Positions 1 to 14,913 of a stretch of 64,000 nt of DNA are shown here, one piece after another; the stretch's first letter is position 1, and each line of letters starts with the position of its first letter. This stretch comes from Octopus vulgaris (lineage: Eukaryota), in assembly GCA_951406725.2 (NCBI GenBank), contig OX597819.1, positions 41,478,001 to 41,542,000 on the forward strand, given 5' to 3'. The translations under genes and the position numbers were made by a program. The notes below the pieces were generated by a model, which did not search any database, was not told where the DNA came from, and saw nothing but the letters and a program-made list of their open reading frames with translations.

Positions 1-132
1 CAGTGCTCAACTGGTACTTATTTCATCGACTCCGAACGGATGAAAGGCAAAGTCGATCCCCGTAGAATTTGAACTCAGAACGTAAAGCTGGAAGAAATTT
101 CCGGTGTGCTAACGATTCTACGAGCTCACTTT

Positions 133-188
<56 letters not shown>

Positions 189-286
189 TAATAATAATAG
201 TAATTTTTTTCAAATTTTGTGGCTGGCGATATGTGCAACTTGGTTCACAAGCAGAAGTAGTCGGGGAGAATCATAATAATAATGAT

Positions 287-841
287 AAACGCCCTGATGT
301 ACCAGGCAGTGGCTCTCATGGCTTCTGATCTTAACTGATTGGAAGTGTTATCATGCACATTGTTTTGTCTTGGTATAAAAGATGGGCTACTGCAAATATT
401 CTGCTCAATACCGCAGATTTGCTTGTCAGTTGCTTGACCTTAATCAGTTGAGCATGTCCCTTAGTGGCTGACGATATGTGCATCTCTGATCACGAGTAGA
501 AGTAGTGGGGGAGCCTCATAGCCATGTGTTGAGAGGAATTCTTTGGGGTTTGAATAATTCACCCCTGGAAACATGGGTGTTTTGTTCAACATCCTTAAAC
601 AAACTTTATTCTGGGACCTTTTGAGCAGGATGGGCTACTCGACCTGAAGGAAATTCTAACTGGGGCCCACCTGGAAGGTCATGTGCTGTTTATCTTGATA
701 TGAGATCACCATGTCGTACACATATGGTTGTGATGCATGTGCCTGGTGTACCCTTATCAGACGGGTAGTCATAATGGGTATACTGGGCTTCGTATATTTT
801 ACCCCAGTGTCACTTTGTTGGCATGTACTGCTCTCTCACTC
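287..841. repeat. About 555-bp non-coding interspersed repeat in (TAA)n, copy 1
   Basis: Near-identical to 1371-1928 and 63639-64000; both ends abut TAA repeats. Confidence 0.85.
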
Positions 842-851
842 AATAATAATG

Positions 852-940
<89 letters not shown>

Positions 941-1197
941 AAGAAGAAACAACAACAATAATAATAATGATAATAATGGTTTCAAATTTTGTCACAAGAG
1001 CAGTCATTTTGGGGGAGGGGATGTGTCGATTACATCGGCCCCAGTATTCAACTGGAACTTATTTTATCGACCCAAAAAGGACGAAAGGAAAAGTCGACCT
1101 CGGCGGAATTTGAACTCAGAACGTAGCGACGGGTGAAGTACCGCTAAGCATTTAGTCCAGCGCGCTAGCGATTCTGCCAGCTCACCAACTTATGCTG

Positions 1198-1250
<53 letters not shown>

Positions 1251-1284
1251 GCTGCTACTGCTGCTGCTGCTGCTGCTACTACTG

Positions 1285-1357
<73 letters not shown>

Positions 1358-1370
1358 TAATAATAATAAT

Positions 1371-1928
1371 AAATGCCCTGATGCAGTACCAGGCAGTGGC
1401 TCTCATGGCTTCTGATCTTAACTGATTGGAAGTGTTATCATGTACATTGTTTTGTCTTGGTATAAAAGATGGGCTACAGCAAATATTCTGCTCAATACCA
1501 CAGATTTGCTTGTCAGTTGTTTGACCTTAACCAGTTGAGCATGTCCCTTAGTGGCTGACAATATGTGCATCTCTGATCACGAGCAGAAGTAGTGGGGGAG
1601 CCTCATAGCCATGTGTTGAGAAGGATTCTTTGGGGTTTGAATAATTCACCTCTGGAAACATGGGTGTTTCGTTCAACGTCCTTAAACAACCCTTATTCAG
1701 GGACCTTTTGAGCAGGATGGGCTACTCAACCTGAAGAAAATTCTAACTGGGCCCCACCTGCAAGGTCATGTGTTGTTTATCTTGATATGAGATCACCATG
1801 TCGCGCACATATGGTTGTGATGCATGCGCCTGGTGTACCTTTATCAGACGGGTAGTCATGATGGGTATATTGGGCTTCGTATATTTTACCCCAGTGTCAC
1901 TTTGATGGCATGAACTGCTCTCTCACTC
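1371..1928. repeat. About 555-bp non-coding interspersed repeat in (TAA)n, copy 2
   Basis: AAATGCCCTGATGCAGTACCAGG...CTGCTCTCTCACTC, flanked by (TAA)n. Confidence 0.85.
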
Positions 1929-2081
1929 AATAATAATAATAATATTATTAATAATAATAATAATGATAATAATAGCAACAACAACAACAACAATAACAAC
2001 AACAACAACAACAACAGCAGCAGTAGCAACAACAATAACAACAACAACAACAATGATGATGATGATGATAATAATAATAAA

Positions 2082-3123
2082 AATGCTGCCTTAGATATTC
2101 TTTCAAGCACAGAAAAAGCTAAGTACATGAAAACCCGTGCTAAAACTGCTGCCTCAACTATTCTTACTGATAAATGGCAAGAAAAACCACTCAATGACAA
2201 ATACCCAAAGAGAGCTAATAATGCCGTTGTTGACAAAGTCCTTACCCGTCAATGGTTAGTGTCTTGTGACTTAAAATCAGAAACAGAAGGGTTTATCATA
2301 GTAGCCCAAGATCAATGCCTACCTACAAGGAGCTACCAGGCCACGATATTAAAGTAGCCCAACTTGTCGTGTATGTAAACAACAAAATGAAACCATTGAT
2401 CATGTTGTCTCCGCGTGCAGTCTTCTTGCGCCTAAAGAGTATCTCAACAGACATGATAGAGCAACACAATATATTCACGGGGTAATTTGAAAAAACCTTG
2501 GCCTGCCTCATGATAAAAACTATTGGGAACACAAACCACCTCCAGTGCTTGAAAATGATCACATCTTTCTCCTCTGGAACTTCACCGTTCAAACTGACAG
2601 AAAGATAGATGCGAATATGCCAGACATTATATTAAAAGATTTCAGACAAAAATCATGCCTCCTCGTTCATTTGACTGTCCCAATCGACATAAATGTATCT
2701 TTCAAGATCTACCAAAAACTGAGCAAGTATAAAGATCTTGAAATAGAAATCGGCAAAATGTGAAACCTCAAGATTAAAACAATACCTGTTGTCATAGGTA
2801 CCCTAGGAATGGTAGCAAAAGGGGCTGTTTGTTACCTAGCCCATATACCAGGAAACCCCAAAATAGCAGAAATTGAAAAGATAATGCCTATGGGAATTGC
2901 CCATATCCTATGTAAAATACTGTCTGAGTAATCTCAAATTTTAAAACAATCTTATAATTTTCTTATGTTTTCTTAAACATTCTCTAGAACAATACGATGT
3001 GCAAATCCAAATATATGACACCCTAGGCATAACACGAATATGAACTTGTAACTTGTTCTCTCTTGAGGTCTCTGGGTGAGACTCGGAGTCAATTTGTACA
3101 AATACAAAGCAAAGGTCAAACAA
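2082..3123 (+). mobile_element. R4/Dong-clade non-LTR retrotransposon, decayed 3' fragment in (TAA)n
   Basis: Broken frames give LKSETEGFIIVAQDQCLPTRSY, a CCHC knuckle (CRVCKQQNETIDHVVSAC), RHD, a restriction-like endonuclease PDIILKD and K.SKYKDL. Flanked by TAA/AAC microsatellites, the known Dong target type. Confidence 0.85.
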
Positions 3124-3561
3124 ATAATAATAATAATAATAATGGTTTCAAATTTTGCCACAAGGGCAGCCATTTTGGGGGAGGGGATGTGTCGATTACA
3201 TCAACCCCAGTTTTTCGCTAGGTATATAATTTATTGACCACAAAAGGATAAAAGGCAAAGTCGACCTCGGCGGAATTTGAACTCAGAACGTAGCGACGGG
3301 CGAAATACCTATTTCTTTACTACCCACAAGGGGCTAAGCACAGAGAGGACAAACAGGGACAGACAAACGGATTAAGTCGATTACATCGACACCAGTGCGT
3401 AACTGGTACTTCATTTATCGACTCCGAAAGGATGAAAGGCAGAGTCGACCTCGGCGGAATTTGAACTCAGAACGTAGCGCAGACGAAATAGTGCTAAGCA
3501 TTTCGCCCGGCGTGCTAACGTCTCTGCCAGCTCGCCGCCTTAATAATAATAATGATAATAA

Positions 3562-3592
<31 letters not shown>

Positions 3593-4008
3593 TAATCTTT
3601 CTACTAAAGGCACAAATCGAATACATCGACCCCAGTACTCAACTGGTACTTATTTTATCGACCCCGAACAGATACCATGATAATAATGGCTTCTTTTTTA
3701 GGCACAAGTTCAACAGTTTTAAAGGGAAGGAATATTTGAGGCCGTCGACCCCAGTACTTGACAAATGCTTCAGTTTATCGACCCCGGAGGGAAGAGGAAC
3801 AAAGTTAACCTCTACTGCATTTGAACTCTAAATGTAAAGAGCCAGAACAAATGCATTTTGTCCGACGCCCTGATAATCGTTGACAATTTAGACGCAGCGC
3901 AAGGAATTTTGAAGTAAGGGAGTTAATCGATACCTTCGATCTTAGTACTTGACTGATACTTTATTTTATTCACTCCTCCAAAAGATGTGTTACATTAAAA
4001 TTGATTTC

Positions 4009-4050
<42 letters not shown>

Positions 4051-4445
4051 TTATTTCTGTGTGTATGTGTACGTATACGTGTGTGTGCGCACGTGTATGT
4101 GTAGAATGACGCGACGCATCAACCTCGGGATAGGCTAGCGGAATGCGTACATACATACATACATACATACATACATACATACATACATACATACATACAT
4201 ACATACATACATACATACATTGATTACATTGACCCCAGTGCGTAACTGATAGTTATTTCCCCGATCCAGAAAGGATGAAAGGCAGAACGACCCTGGCGGA
4301 ATTTGAACTCAGAACATAAGGATAAACGTATAACAACAACAGTAATTTTCTTTTTATAATATTGATAATAAAATTGGTATATTATCATAATTTACACACC
4401 ATATTGATGGGAATTATTGCACTATATTTTCTTTTCTTTTTAAAG

Positions 4446-4745
4446 ACCAAACTTCATTACAAGAATACGAAAATTCATCGTGTCGTGGTAGACTTCCTCA
4501 TTCAAATGGGTGATGTGACAACAGGTGACGGTACTGGTGGTAAGTACTTGATCAATTATATATATCTTTCTAATTAAAGTATGATAATAGTCGCACAACA
4601 CGAAGCAGTTGTTTGCCAAAGCTCTTTCGTTGCTACTTACAACCTTTTCAATGACTATTGACTTTGTCCGTTATAGAGGCCTCGCTTTTCGGCTTGAGAT
4701 CTTGTCGCGTGCGTGTCTGCATGCCAGCGTGCGCGTATGCTTATG

Positions 4746-4779
<34 letters not shown>

Positions 4780-7700
4780 TGTATGTATGTATGTATGTAT
4801 GTATGTATGTACGTATGTATGTATGTATGTGTCAATTATATCGGCATAATAACTCTCACTAGACACAGCAAAATTTGTTTCAACATGCGAATTCGCATAA
4901 AGAATCTTGCAAACAAGATACAGAAACGAAGTGAATTAGCATGTTATGGGAGAAATTCTAAGCACTAACCCTCACTACCTTGTGAGTGCCTTTTTGGTAA
5001 AGGAAAAGGCTAGAGGAGTCAACTTCGACAGCAAATCAAGAAATGGAGTCCCCCAGTTGATCTTGTGTCGTTTTTGACACCATTTTGACCACTTTCATGC
5101 GATTTACTCAGGAGAAGGCAACTCTAATGTAAAACCTACAACTTGCTGGTGTCTGCAACCGTCTTAGACCGCTGAGCCACTGGGATCAGACGTCCAAGTC
5201 TAAAGAGCGGGGATCGGACTGCATGGAATGATTCTCAGTATAAAACTACTAAGAGCAAAGGAGAAGAAAAAGCTCTGCAGCGTCAAGGATCGATTTATAT
5301 AACTGCTTAACGGCATGCTTCTCTTTCTCATGATCATCAGACGCGAAGAAACTGCCATCGATTACACTAGTAGATCGTGTAGTGTGATGGAGGAAAAGGA
5401 CAACAGGAAAAGAAGCAAACGGGAGAAAGAAATACAAAAGGCCTTACCTGTTGACTTCGGCGGGATGAACGATCACTCTCAAGAAATAAACACGTCTTTG
5501 TTCGCTGCCGTCTCTGCTTGAACTGCCCACACGTGCTTCCTGCCCACGCATGCCCCGTGACTGTGCCACAGGTCCCTGCAGTCTTCACTTCCGTCTACCT
5601 CATCTGCAATCCCCTCCACCAACACCACATAGCTCATCACAGCCCATAACACCACTAGCACCACAACATCAAAGATTTTACATTGCGGAGGACAATAGGA
5701 AATATTTATTGTTGTTTCGTAATATTTATTGTGTATGTAAGGCGGCGAGTTGGCAGAACCGTTAGCACGCCGGACAAACTTACGTGGCGGCATTTTTTCC
5801 GGCTTTACGTTCTAAGTCCAAATTCCATTAAGGTCAACTTTGCCTTTCCTCCTTTGGAGATTGTTTAAATAATTACCAATTGAGTATTGGGGTCGATGTA
5901 ATCGATTAAGCTTTGCCTCCTTGGAAAAGATTACGAGCACAGAAAGCTAGAACGAATACTTTCTTAGGCAGTCTTCCGAGGCACCAGCAAATTTACTAAT
6001 TCGACGCTTGTTGTCAAACCTGATAATTGACACTATATAATTGCCGAGTGTTTCCTTTTGTTTAGTCCACAATTATTTTTTTATTTTTATTCCAGACGGA
6101 AAGCATTAGCAATGACCCTTTATAGGGTTTTTTTGAGACCAGTAGGATGGTGGGAGAAAGATATCCTAAAACGGGAGACCTTATCCGATAGCTTGCAACA
6201 GAGTGGATTTGCTCAAAGATGGTTGGTAGTGGTAGTGGTGGTGGTGGTAGTGACAGAGTTAAACCGGGTGATAAATTACGTCTTCCACCCAAGTAGGCCA
6301 CGGAGGGATTTGAACTCAGAACAGAGAATTTGAACGAATACCGTAAGGATTCCGGTTCAGCGTTCTTATACTTCCGCCAATCTGCTGTCCTGGATTGATA
6401 CTTATTAATTGACTCCGAAAAGATGAAAAGTAAAGTTGACCTCGGTAGTATTTTAACTCAAAGCGCAAATATTGCAAGACATTCGGTCCAACGTTCTTTC
6501 TACAGTATTATATATAACTGTTGAAGAGAATATATAAAACAACTGAAATTTTGTAACATGATCCTCAAATATTTCAATAAGATGATAACATTAAATTAGT
6601 TCTTGTTATTATTTTATTATTAAAATGGTTGATTGATAATAATATCCATGAAAGTATCTATTAAAATGAAAGAGCTTTTGCATTGAAAGCTATACAAGCC
6701 ATCGAAATGGATGCCGTTGCATAGTACCAAAGATCCCGATTTCTCCATCTGGAATAAGGACCCAGTTCTGCAACAGCTTAGCTGTACATGGCCCACAACT
6801 TTTCAACATTCAGCCGACCAGCCTCAGAAATCTGCAAGGTTTAGATGTGAAACATTTGGACACATTTTTATCTAATGTACCAGACAAACTCACATTGCAA
6901 CAAGAAACACAAGGAAGAAGCCTTCTATCTAACTTGCTACTTCAATAGATATAGTTCCAAAGAGAGGGTCGGGAAATGAATGTTAAATAAAAATCACTCA
7001 CAGTAAATGAGGTACCCCAGCATGGCCAAGGTCTCTGGCTGAAACCAGTAAAAGTAAAAACAAAAACTACTAATTGTGTTCATCAAGTGATCTTTATATG
7101 TATTCCATGTTCTTACAAATTGTCTAACTTCTTAAACAATGAGCAGTCATTAAGGAGTGGCACATGATTCAGTTTCTCTCATTATACTTATTTTTACCAA
7201 CTAGCTATTTTGCTTATTGCAAGATCAGTGACTGGTTGGCACTTATTTTTCTATTGCCAGCTGGAGCGAACTACCGCTATCTCTAGCAGACGAGTATCCA
7301 CCAATCAGAGTGAACACAAATTACTCGAAACCATACGGTCTGGTGGCCGTAAGATGGTAGGGTTCGCTTCCCTGCTTGCAATATATATCGGGTGCAGGTT
7401 GCATCGATAACTAGCTGGAGGAAGTGTCCCCATGGGGTTAAAATGGTAGTAACGTCGGATCCTACGGAACAGCCATATTGAAGTGACGATAAACATTACT
7501 TATCAGTATAGTTACCGCTTTCGTCTCTTATAGAGATTTTCTAACTATCTACTTCATTTATTTTTGATTTCTCTTCTGTCTTGCTATCAAGGACATTGTC
7601 CCAGTAATCCTCTTAAAAAGTTTTTTGAGTCTTACGTAACTCTTAGATTATTTAGTGTTTCTTTTTTCAGTGTTATTTCTAAAAATCTAATGATTTGCTG

Positions 7701-9643
7701 ATTATACTTTCCTTTGTTACATAAAGAATGTCTATTGTTCTGAGTACAAACATTTGCAAAACTTCTTTTACATAAATTTATTTGTTATTTTAGGTAAAAG
7801 TATTTATGGAGACACCTTCGATGATGAAGAATTCACATTAAGTCACGATAGTGCTGGTATTATTTCCATGGCAAACCATGGCAAAAATACAAATGGTTCT
7901 CAATTCTTCCTTTTGTTACAAAAAGCAAGATGGTTGGATGGAAAACATCTTGTCTTCGGTAAATTGTTGAAAGGATACGTAAGTGGAAATTTTCTTGTAC
8001 TTTATTAAATACTCGGCTTTCCCACTTTTTAAAGGAAATCTTTTTCTTGCATCTCTTCTCTTGCATCTCTTCTCTCGATAATAGTCATAGAAAAGGCTGT
8101 AATAAAATAACTATATTAAAAAACACACACACATATATTAACTGTCAAGGCATAGCTTACCTTGCTCTTTTCAAATCTGTTTTTAGTATACATCCGTATC
8201 ATCTAATAACAGTATGTACTAGCTGTGTGAAGGCGGCGAGCTGGTAGAATTGTTAGCATGCTGGGCAAAATGCTTAGCAGCATTTCCTCCGTCTCTACGT
8301 TCTGAGTTCAACTTACGCCGAGGTTGACTTTGTTTTTCATCCTTTCGGAGTCGATAAAATAAGTGCCAGTTGAGCACTGGGGTCGATGTAGTCAACTTAC
8401 CCTCTCCTCCGAAATTGCTGGCCTTGTGTCAAAATTTGAGGCCAATATTTATTGGCGGCGTACTATGTCTATTAGAAAGGGCACATGCTCAAGTGGTTAG
8501 GGTGTTGTACTCACGAATGTGAAATTCTGGTTTCGATTCCCAGACTGGGTAAAGTGTTGTGTTCTTGAGCAACATACTTAACCGCGCGTTGCTTTGCGAT
8601 CACTTCTAACATCTGACGTGTGGCAATGTCGATATGATGGTGTGAGTGATCAAATACATAACATAAACATTTGACAACTATGTACAAATCATCTGTGAAG
8701 GTTGTTTAGTAAGAGACTGCGGAACCCTAATCTGTTGTCACGGCAGTAAAGTCCACGACTGTCGATTAAAACGAACGATTTAAACATTAAAATGAGGTGC
8801 ACTGTGCATTCCTTTCTACTATAGCCACAAAGCCTGAAATTTTGTGGGAGGGGGCTAGTCGATTACATTGACCTAGTGTTCAACTGGTTCTGTTTTACCG
8901 ACCCTGAAAGGACGACAAGCAAAGTCGACCCCTGTAGCATTTGAACTCAGATCGTAAAGTCGGAAGAAATGCCGCCAAGCATTTTTTCCAGAGCGGTAAC
9001 GATTCTACCTGACCAAGCCTTAACCAGTAATTATATATTAATAGGCGGCGAGCTGGCAGAATCGTTAGCACGCCGGACGAAATGCGTAGCAGTATTTTGT
9101 CTGCCGCTACGTTCTGAGTTCAAATTCTGCCGAGGTCGACTTTGCCTTTCATCCTTTGGGAATCGATAAACTAAGTACCAGTTATGCACTGGGATCGATG
9201 TAATCGACTTAATCCGTTTGTCTGTCCTTGTTTGTCCCCTCTGTGTTTAGCCCCTTGTGGGTAGTAAAGAAGTAAGTAATTATATATTAAAACTGCACTT
9301 CATTTTTGAATTTATATTTACTTTTGTTTAAAACTACTACCAATGCTACAAGTTACAAAATTGTTTCGTCGATATTATTTACTTCAGAAGACCATTATTC
9401 CCATCACATTCATTATCAGAAAATTCTTGAAATATTTTCCTTATTCTATCTTTTTCATTTTTATATTTCTATTTCTAGGATTTTATGAGAAAGATTGCTG
9501 CAATCAAAACTGATGCCAGTAATTCACCTACTAAGAGAATCAAGATCGTCGATTGTGGTTCTGAGGAAGTAGCAAAACCAGTTTGTCTCACTGAAAGTCA
9601 GAGAGAGGCAGCCACTGATATAGATATTGATATCATCGTATAA
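4446..9643 (+). CDS. Cyclophilin-type peptidyl-prolyl isomerase, paralogue 1 (5'-partial): join(4446..4539,7794..7978,9479..9643)
   Basis: Exons bounded by AG/GT with compatible phases (0/1/0). They translate to [32 protein letters not shown]|[61 protein letters not shown]|[54 protein letters not shown]. Classic cyclophilin motifs (HR..DF.IQ.GD, SMAN.G..TNGSQFF, WLDGKH.VFG, IVDCG). First exon not found; probably upstream of the window. Confidence 0.93.
4977..5650 (+). mobile_element. Possible heavily decayed RTE-like retroelement remnant
   Basis: GC-richer island with a motif reminiscent of RTE 5' regions (GGAGAAGGCAACTCT) and a Cys/His-rich 3' portion. No intact domain. Confidence 0.25.
9042..9273 (+). 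mobile_element. tRNA-derived SINE (Meta-domain-like core), monomer with about 16-bp target-site duplication
   Basis: A-box-like TGGCAGAATCGTTAG, B-box GAGTTCAAATTC and core GGTCGACTTTGCCTTTCATCCTTT...GATAAA.TAAGTACCAG. AGTAATTATATATTAA occurs on both sides. Dozens of relatives are spread through the window. Confidence 0.85.
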
Positions 9644-10023
9644 ATTGTTATTATTGTTTTTCTTTAGCAAAAATCAAGCAAAATTTCGTATTTCTTCTCA
9701 TTCTTTCCACCTTATCATTTCCTTCAACATATTTTGCCGCTGCACTTTCTCACTTCCAGTTTTATTCCTTCGATGATAATTTGGCAAAATGTTAACGAAG
9801 AGACAAGCCTTTTGCGAGAACAAACAAATAAGAACTGTCTCAACAAAACCATTAAAAATGCCACCCATATTTATATATGTAACATATATATGTAATATAT
9901 ATAGTATATCTTGTGTGTTCACGGTGGAACGTCGGCAGAAAACTAATTATATAAACTAGTGTTTATCATAATTTCTCATATATATATTATATGATCGAAA
10001 GCCACGCATCCTTTTCTAAGTAA

Positions 10024-10063
<40 letters not shown>

Positions 10064-10561
10064 TGGAGTTTTTGTTGAATATTGCGTAGCAGCGATGAAC
10101 TCAGAACAAACCAAAATGTGACACCGCTTAATTCCGCAGTTTTATATGTTATTCATCAACAACGTTGCTTGTTCTATTTTATTTTCTCATTACACTCAAA
10201 CAACTTTTGTAAACTTTTCTTTTTGATTTTGATTTTCTGTTTTGTATTTCTGATCTTAAATGTTATTTACTTCTTAATTAGAGAAAAATATTAATCTCCA
10301 AATTTGGTATTTTAATTTAATTAAGCGCCACTCACCATACCATGTGTATGAAAAAAGTAAAATAAACGTTTATAGATCAAGTAATCAAGAGTATTTTATA
10401 ATTAATATAATTATTGCTTACTAACTACAATCATCGGTATTGTTATTATATCCTTCTTCTGGATCTTTACGTTCTGTGTTCAAATCTTCCCCCACCTCAG
10501 GTCAACTTTGCTTTTCATCCGATAAAATAAAGTGCTGAAGTATTGGGAGCGAGGAAATATA

Positions 10562-11059
10562 CCGTAAATCCTCGAGTATAATCCGCATTTTTTCCCAAAA
10601 TTTAATGGTCAGAATCCCTAGTGCGTACTATATACAAGGTTAAAAATGAAAATTATTTTCTAAGCAGTGTCCGAGTCTCTATTTGCTGTCAGACACAAAT
10701 TTTGTGATGTCGGGCGCGAAAATACCTTAAGCTAAGCCTGAAAGCAATGAAGTCATAAAAGAATCATCCATAACTTGCAATAAGCAACATTTATTAAACG
10801 TTATTACTGTTATTTCTTTATTTTCTGCAAACAAAATGCACAAAAAAGCTACACGTTTGCATTATGTTATATATACAATAGTAATAAAGGACGTTATCGT
10901 ATACATTTTTACAAACCAAGGACGTTATATAGACCTCCTTGACTCAAGTTAGAGAAGGGGTGCGTATTATACACAAGGTTTAGGTTTTTCAGAGGTACAG
11001 CCTCCTAAAAATCCCCTGCATATTATACCCAAGAGCGGACTATACTCGAGGATTTACGG
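10562..11059. mobile_element. Tc1/mariner-pogo-type MITE
   Basis: TIRs CCGTAAATCCTCGAGTATA / TATACTCGAGGATTTACGG with TA on each side; no ORF. Confidence 0.88.
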
Positions 11060-12445
11060 TACTTGTCCACCTCTCCTCGCATAGCTTAGGGGTTAGGGTA
11101 TTGGACTCCTTGACCGGGCGACGCATTGTGTTCATGAGCAAAATACTTGCTCTCATGTACTCCAGTCCACTCAACTGGCAATAATTGGTAGTCCTGCGAC
11201 GGGCCGGCATCCCGTCCAGTGGGTAAATATATATTACACCACGGAAACCGGAAACCGGCCTTTATGAGTACATAGGGTTCGGGAAGGATGTTTTATCTGT
11301 TATCTTTTGATAATCGATCTAAGTACTACCATGTCCTAATTTGTGATCTGTGAAAGTATGAGAAATCATTATAACTGGAGCAGACGCGTAGACAGATTCT
11401 AAAGACAAAAAGGGGAAAAAAAAAGTAAAGTTCCTTTCCGAGTCCTAAGGGCCAGTTTCCCGGTTTCCATTCCCCACCTGGACGAAACACTAGTTCATTG
11501 CAGTATTACTCATTTTTACCAGCTGAGTGGACTGGAGCAACAGGAGATGATGTGTTTTGCTCAAGAACACAACGCTCACCCGGTCCAGTAATCGAAACCA
11601 CAATCTTACGATCATGACTCTAATACTCTAACCACTAAGCCACAAGCCTCCACAAAGTAATGAAGAGCGAGCATTTAGAAAAGAGGCGCCGTGACACGTA
11701 TACTCATTGGTATACATGTTATAAAAGGCGCCAATTTTGAAAAATGTCCTCGGCGGTGGAGGAACGGTCGCTCCCTCCTATTAGCTACGCCACAGAACTG
11801 GATATGATACACAAGTACAACATCGATATTCCTCAAGCCTTGGTACAAAAGCCTTTCCAGATTCCACAAATAAAAATCTACTTAATGATTTCAAATTTTG
11901 ATACACATGCTACGTTTACCCACAGTGATGGGTTTTTTTTAATTCCCCACAAATGTATATATATTTACTGGTATCCTTTCAAGTTATTTCTAATCTGTTG
12001 AAAAGCGTAATATAATTTACTCAGTCCTGAAATTATCTATGCGAGCAAATGAACATAATCATTAATTTATTTATATATATATATAATCATAATTAAAAGT
12101 ATCTAAGAAATACCACCATGTTTGAACTAGAAGTCAAAACCTGACTCTAAAACCATGTTTTTTGTTTGTTTTTTGTCTTTGCTGCCATACACATTCGCAA
12201 GCTTTCTTACAAAGGGGTCTAATGCCTTTAGGTTAGACTTTGGTGGAGGGGGGGGTTCAACCATATCGAACCATCTCAAGTGTAACTGTCCGAAATGTTC
12301 GTGACTTCTGGAACTTGACTGAGGAAAGAAAGCCACGAATGACCCGTCTTTTTTTGCCTGTCCTTCTAATTATTGTTTCTCTTGTCCGCCTTTGTATGGT
12401 CTGTCTGTCCGAATGTTTTAATGTCCTCTATTGCGTTTTTGTTCC

Positions 12446-12498
<53 letters not shown>

Positions 12499-13184
12499 GT
12501 ACGTACACCCTTGTGCTCACCTTATATTAGGTATTATCTAAATTTTGTACGGCTCTTACTCTGTCTTTTAATCCCTCTCTCATTTTCCCTCCTTTTTCTC
12601 GCTCCCCTTCTCTCACGCTTCTTGCCCTCTCTTTCTTTAACTCCCACTATTCCCCACTTGTTTATCGCTCCTGTACCTTTCTCTTTGTCTCTGATTTTTT
12701 CTAATCCTTCAATCCCGCTGCCCCCTACCCATCTCTCCTCCTTCCACGTGATCGGTATCCGGACAGCCATGATCTTTCATGGCCTGACTGCCGACCGTCA
12801 ACACTTCTTATGTCCATCTCCTATGTTCCTGCCTTTAGGCTTTGACTTGATACATGCCAACTCAATTCGATTCGTTCTGAGTCGAAAGACACCTGTTGTT
12901 ATATTCTTGTTATTTCAAGAATGGTGATATATCATAGATACCTTTAATCATAATTTTAATAATAGTTATTACCTATAAGTATTTTCTTCCTATGCTGGCC
13001 ACTTGATATGAGACGAAAGGAAAAATAAATTAAAAGGTTTAATGAATAAACGCTCTAATTGGTCAAAACAGCTTTATAACAGTCCCATATTATCATAAAT
13101 CGAACATAAATATACATTAAAACATCAGGGCATCCAATGGTAAAACCCATTAGTATAACATATACACATACATATGAATAAAAG

Positions 13185-13221
<37 letters not shown>

Positions 13222-13225
<4 letters not shown>

Positions 13226-13437
13226 GATCGCCATGTTGGATCGTTAGCCCCTAAACGCAATTTTTTCTCTCCTTGTTTCTCTCCTTGTTTCTTTTCTGTG
13301 TATCTTTCTGTCGAAGAGCGTAGGCTCGAAACGTAAAAGACTTGTTTTATTTCTATTCCTGAGCGCCATACTAATACATTGTTTGTTTGTACTCCACCTG
13401 CCTTCGTCTTTTGTTTATTTTCGTAAACCTTCCCGTT
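13222..13437 (+). mobile_element. Penelope-like pseudo-LTR fragment in (TA)n with a degenerate minimal hammerhead-like motif (13303-13340)
   Basis: TCTTT-CTGTCGAA-GAGC-GTAG-GCTC-GAAAC-GTA-AAAGA. A related fragment lies inverted at about 41795-41860. Confidence 0.5.
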
Positions 13438-13445
13438 ATATATAT

Positions 13446-13539
<94 letters not shown>

Positions 13540-13541
13540 TA

Positions 13542-13576
<35 letters not shown>

Positions 13577-13637
13577 TTGTATACATATATATATATATGA
13601 ATATATATATGCATATATACGTATATAAATATATGTG

Positions 13638-13688
<51 letters not shown>

Positions 13689-13878
13689 TATAGATCAATA
13701 AATGGTGGGGTTGTGTTGACCGCACGTGGAGAAATGATAAGTAAGGAAAAATTTTTTTAAAAATGCAGAATGCTCAAATGAAAGAAAATTTTAATAAAAT
13801 GAGAAAATGATAAAATATATAAATATATATATTTATTCAAAATATATAAATATATAAATATATATATATAAATATATA

Positions 13879-14005
<127 letters not shown>

Positions 14006-14469
14006 GTATATATGTATATATATGTATATATATGTATATATATGTATATATATGTTTATACATATATGTATATATATGTGAGTATGGTTACTTTTTTTCA
14101 TTTGAGGCTGGTGAGGAAATGGCAGAACGGCGAGGCGAGTGGTGAAGCAACTTTCTATAACCAGTTACGTTCCTTTATGGTCTAGATTCAGACCCCTTCG
14201 AAGTCGATATAAATAATCGCTTTATGATTCTAGGGTCGCAATAACAACTCAGTCAATGTATTCAACGGTTGTCCTTCGCCACCCGAATCAACAATTTACT
14301 ATTGTTCTAATGATAGCAATGACTATTTCCTTATTAAGGATGTATAGGTTTTGCAACCATGTTCAGTCCTACAGTGAGCCGTCTTGTCCAAGCGTTTTGT
14401 TATTGTTTCGGGCCGCCAATAGCTTGCAAGCGAATTTTGTTGATGGAATCTGTGAGAGCTCGTCGTGTT

Positions 14470-14594
<125 letters not shown>

Positions 14595-14606
14595 GTGTGT
14601 GTGTTT

Positions 14607-14866
14607 GTTTGTTCCCTTCTCCACCACTTGTTGCCGGTATTGGCTAGTTTACGTCCCTGTAACCAAGTGGTTTGGCAAAAGACCGATAGAATGTGTGTGT
14701 ATGTGTGTGTGTGTGTGTATGTGTGTATGTGTGTGTGTATGTGTGTGTTTGTATGTGCATGTGTGTGTGTGTGCGTGTGTGTGTTTGTTCCCTTCTCCAC
14801 CACTTGTTGCCGGTATTGGCTAGTTTACGTCCCTGTAACCAAGTGGTTTGGCAAAAGACCGATAGA

Positions 14867-14913
<47 letters not shown>

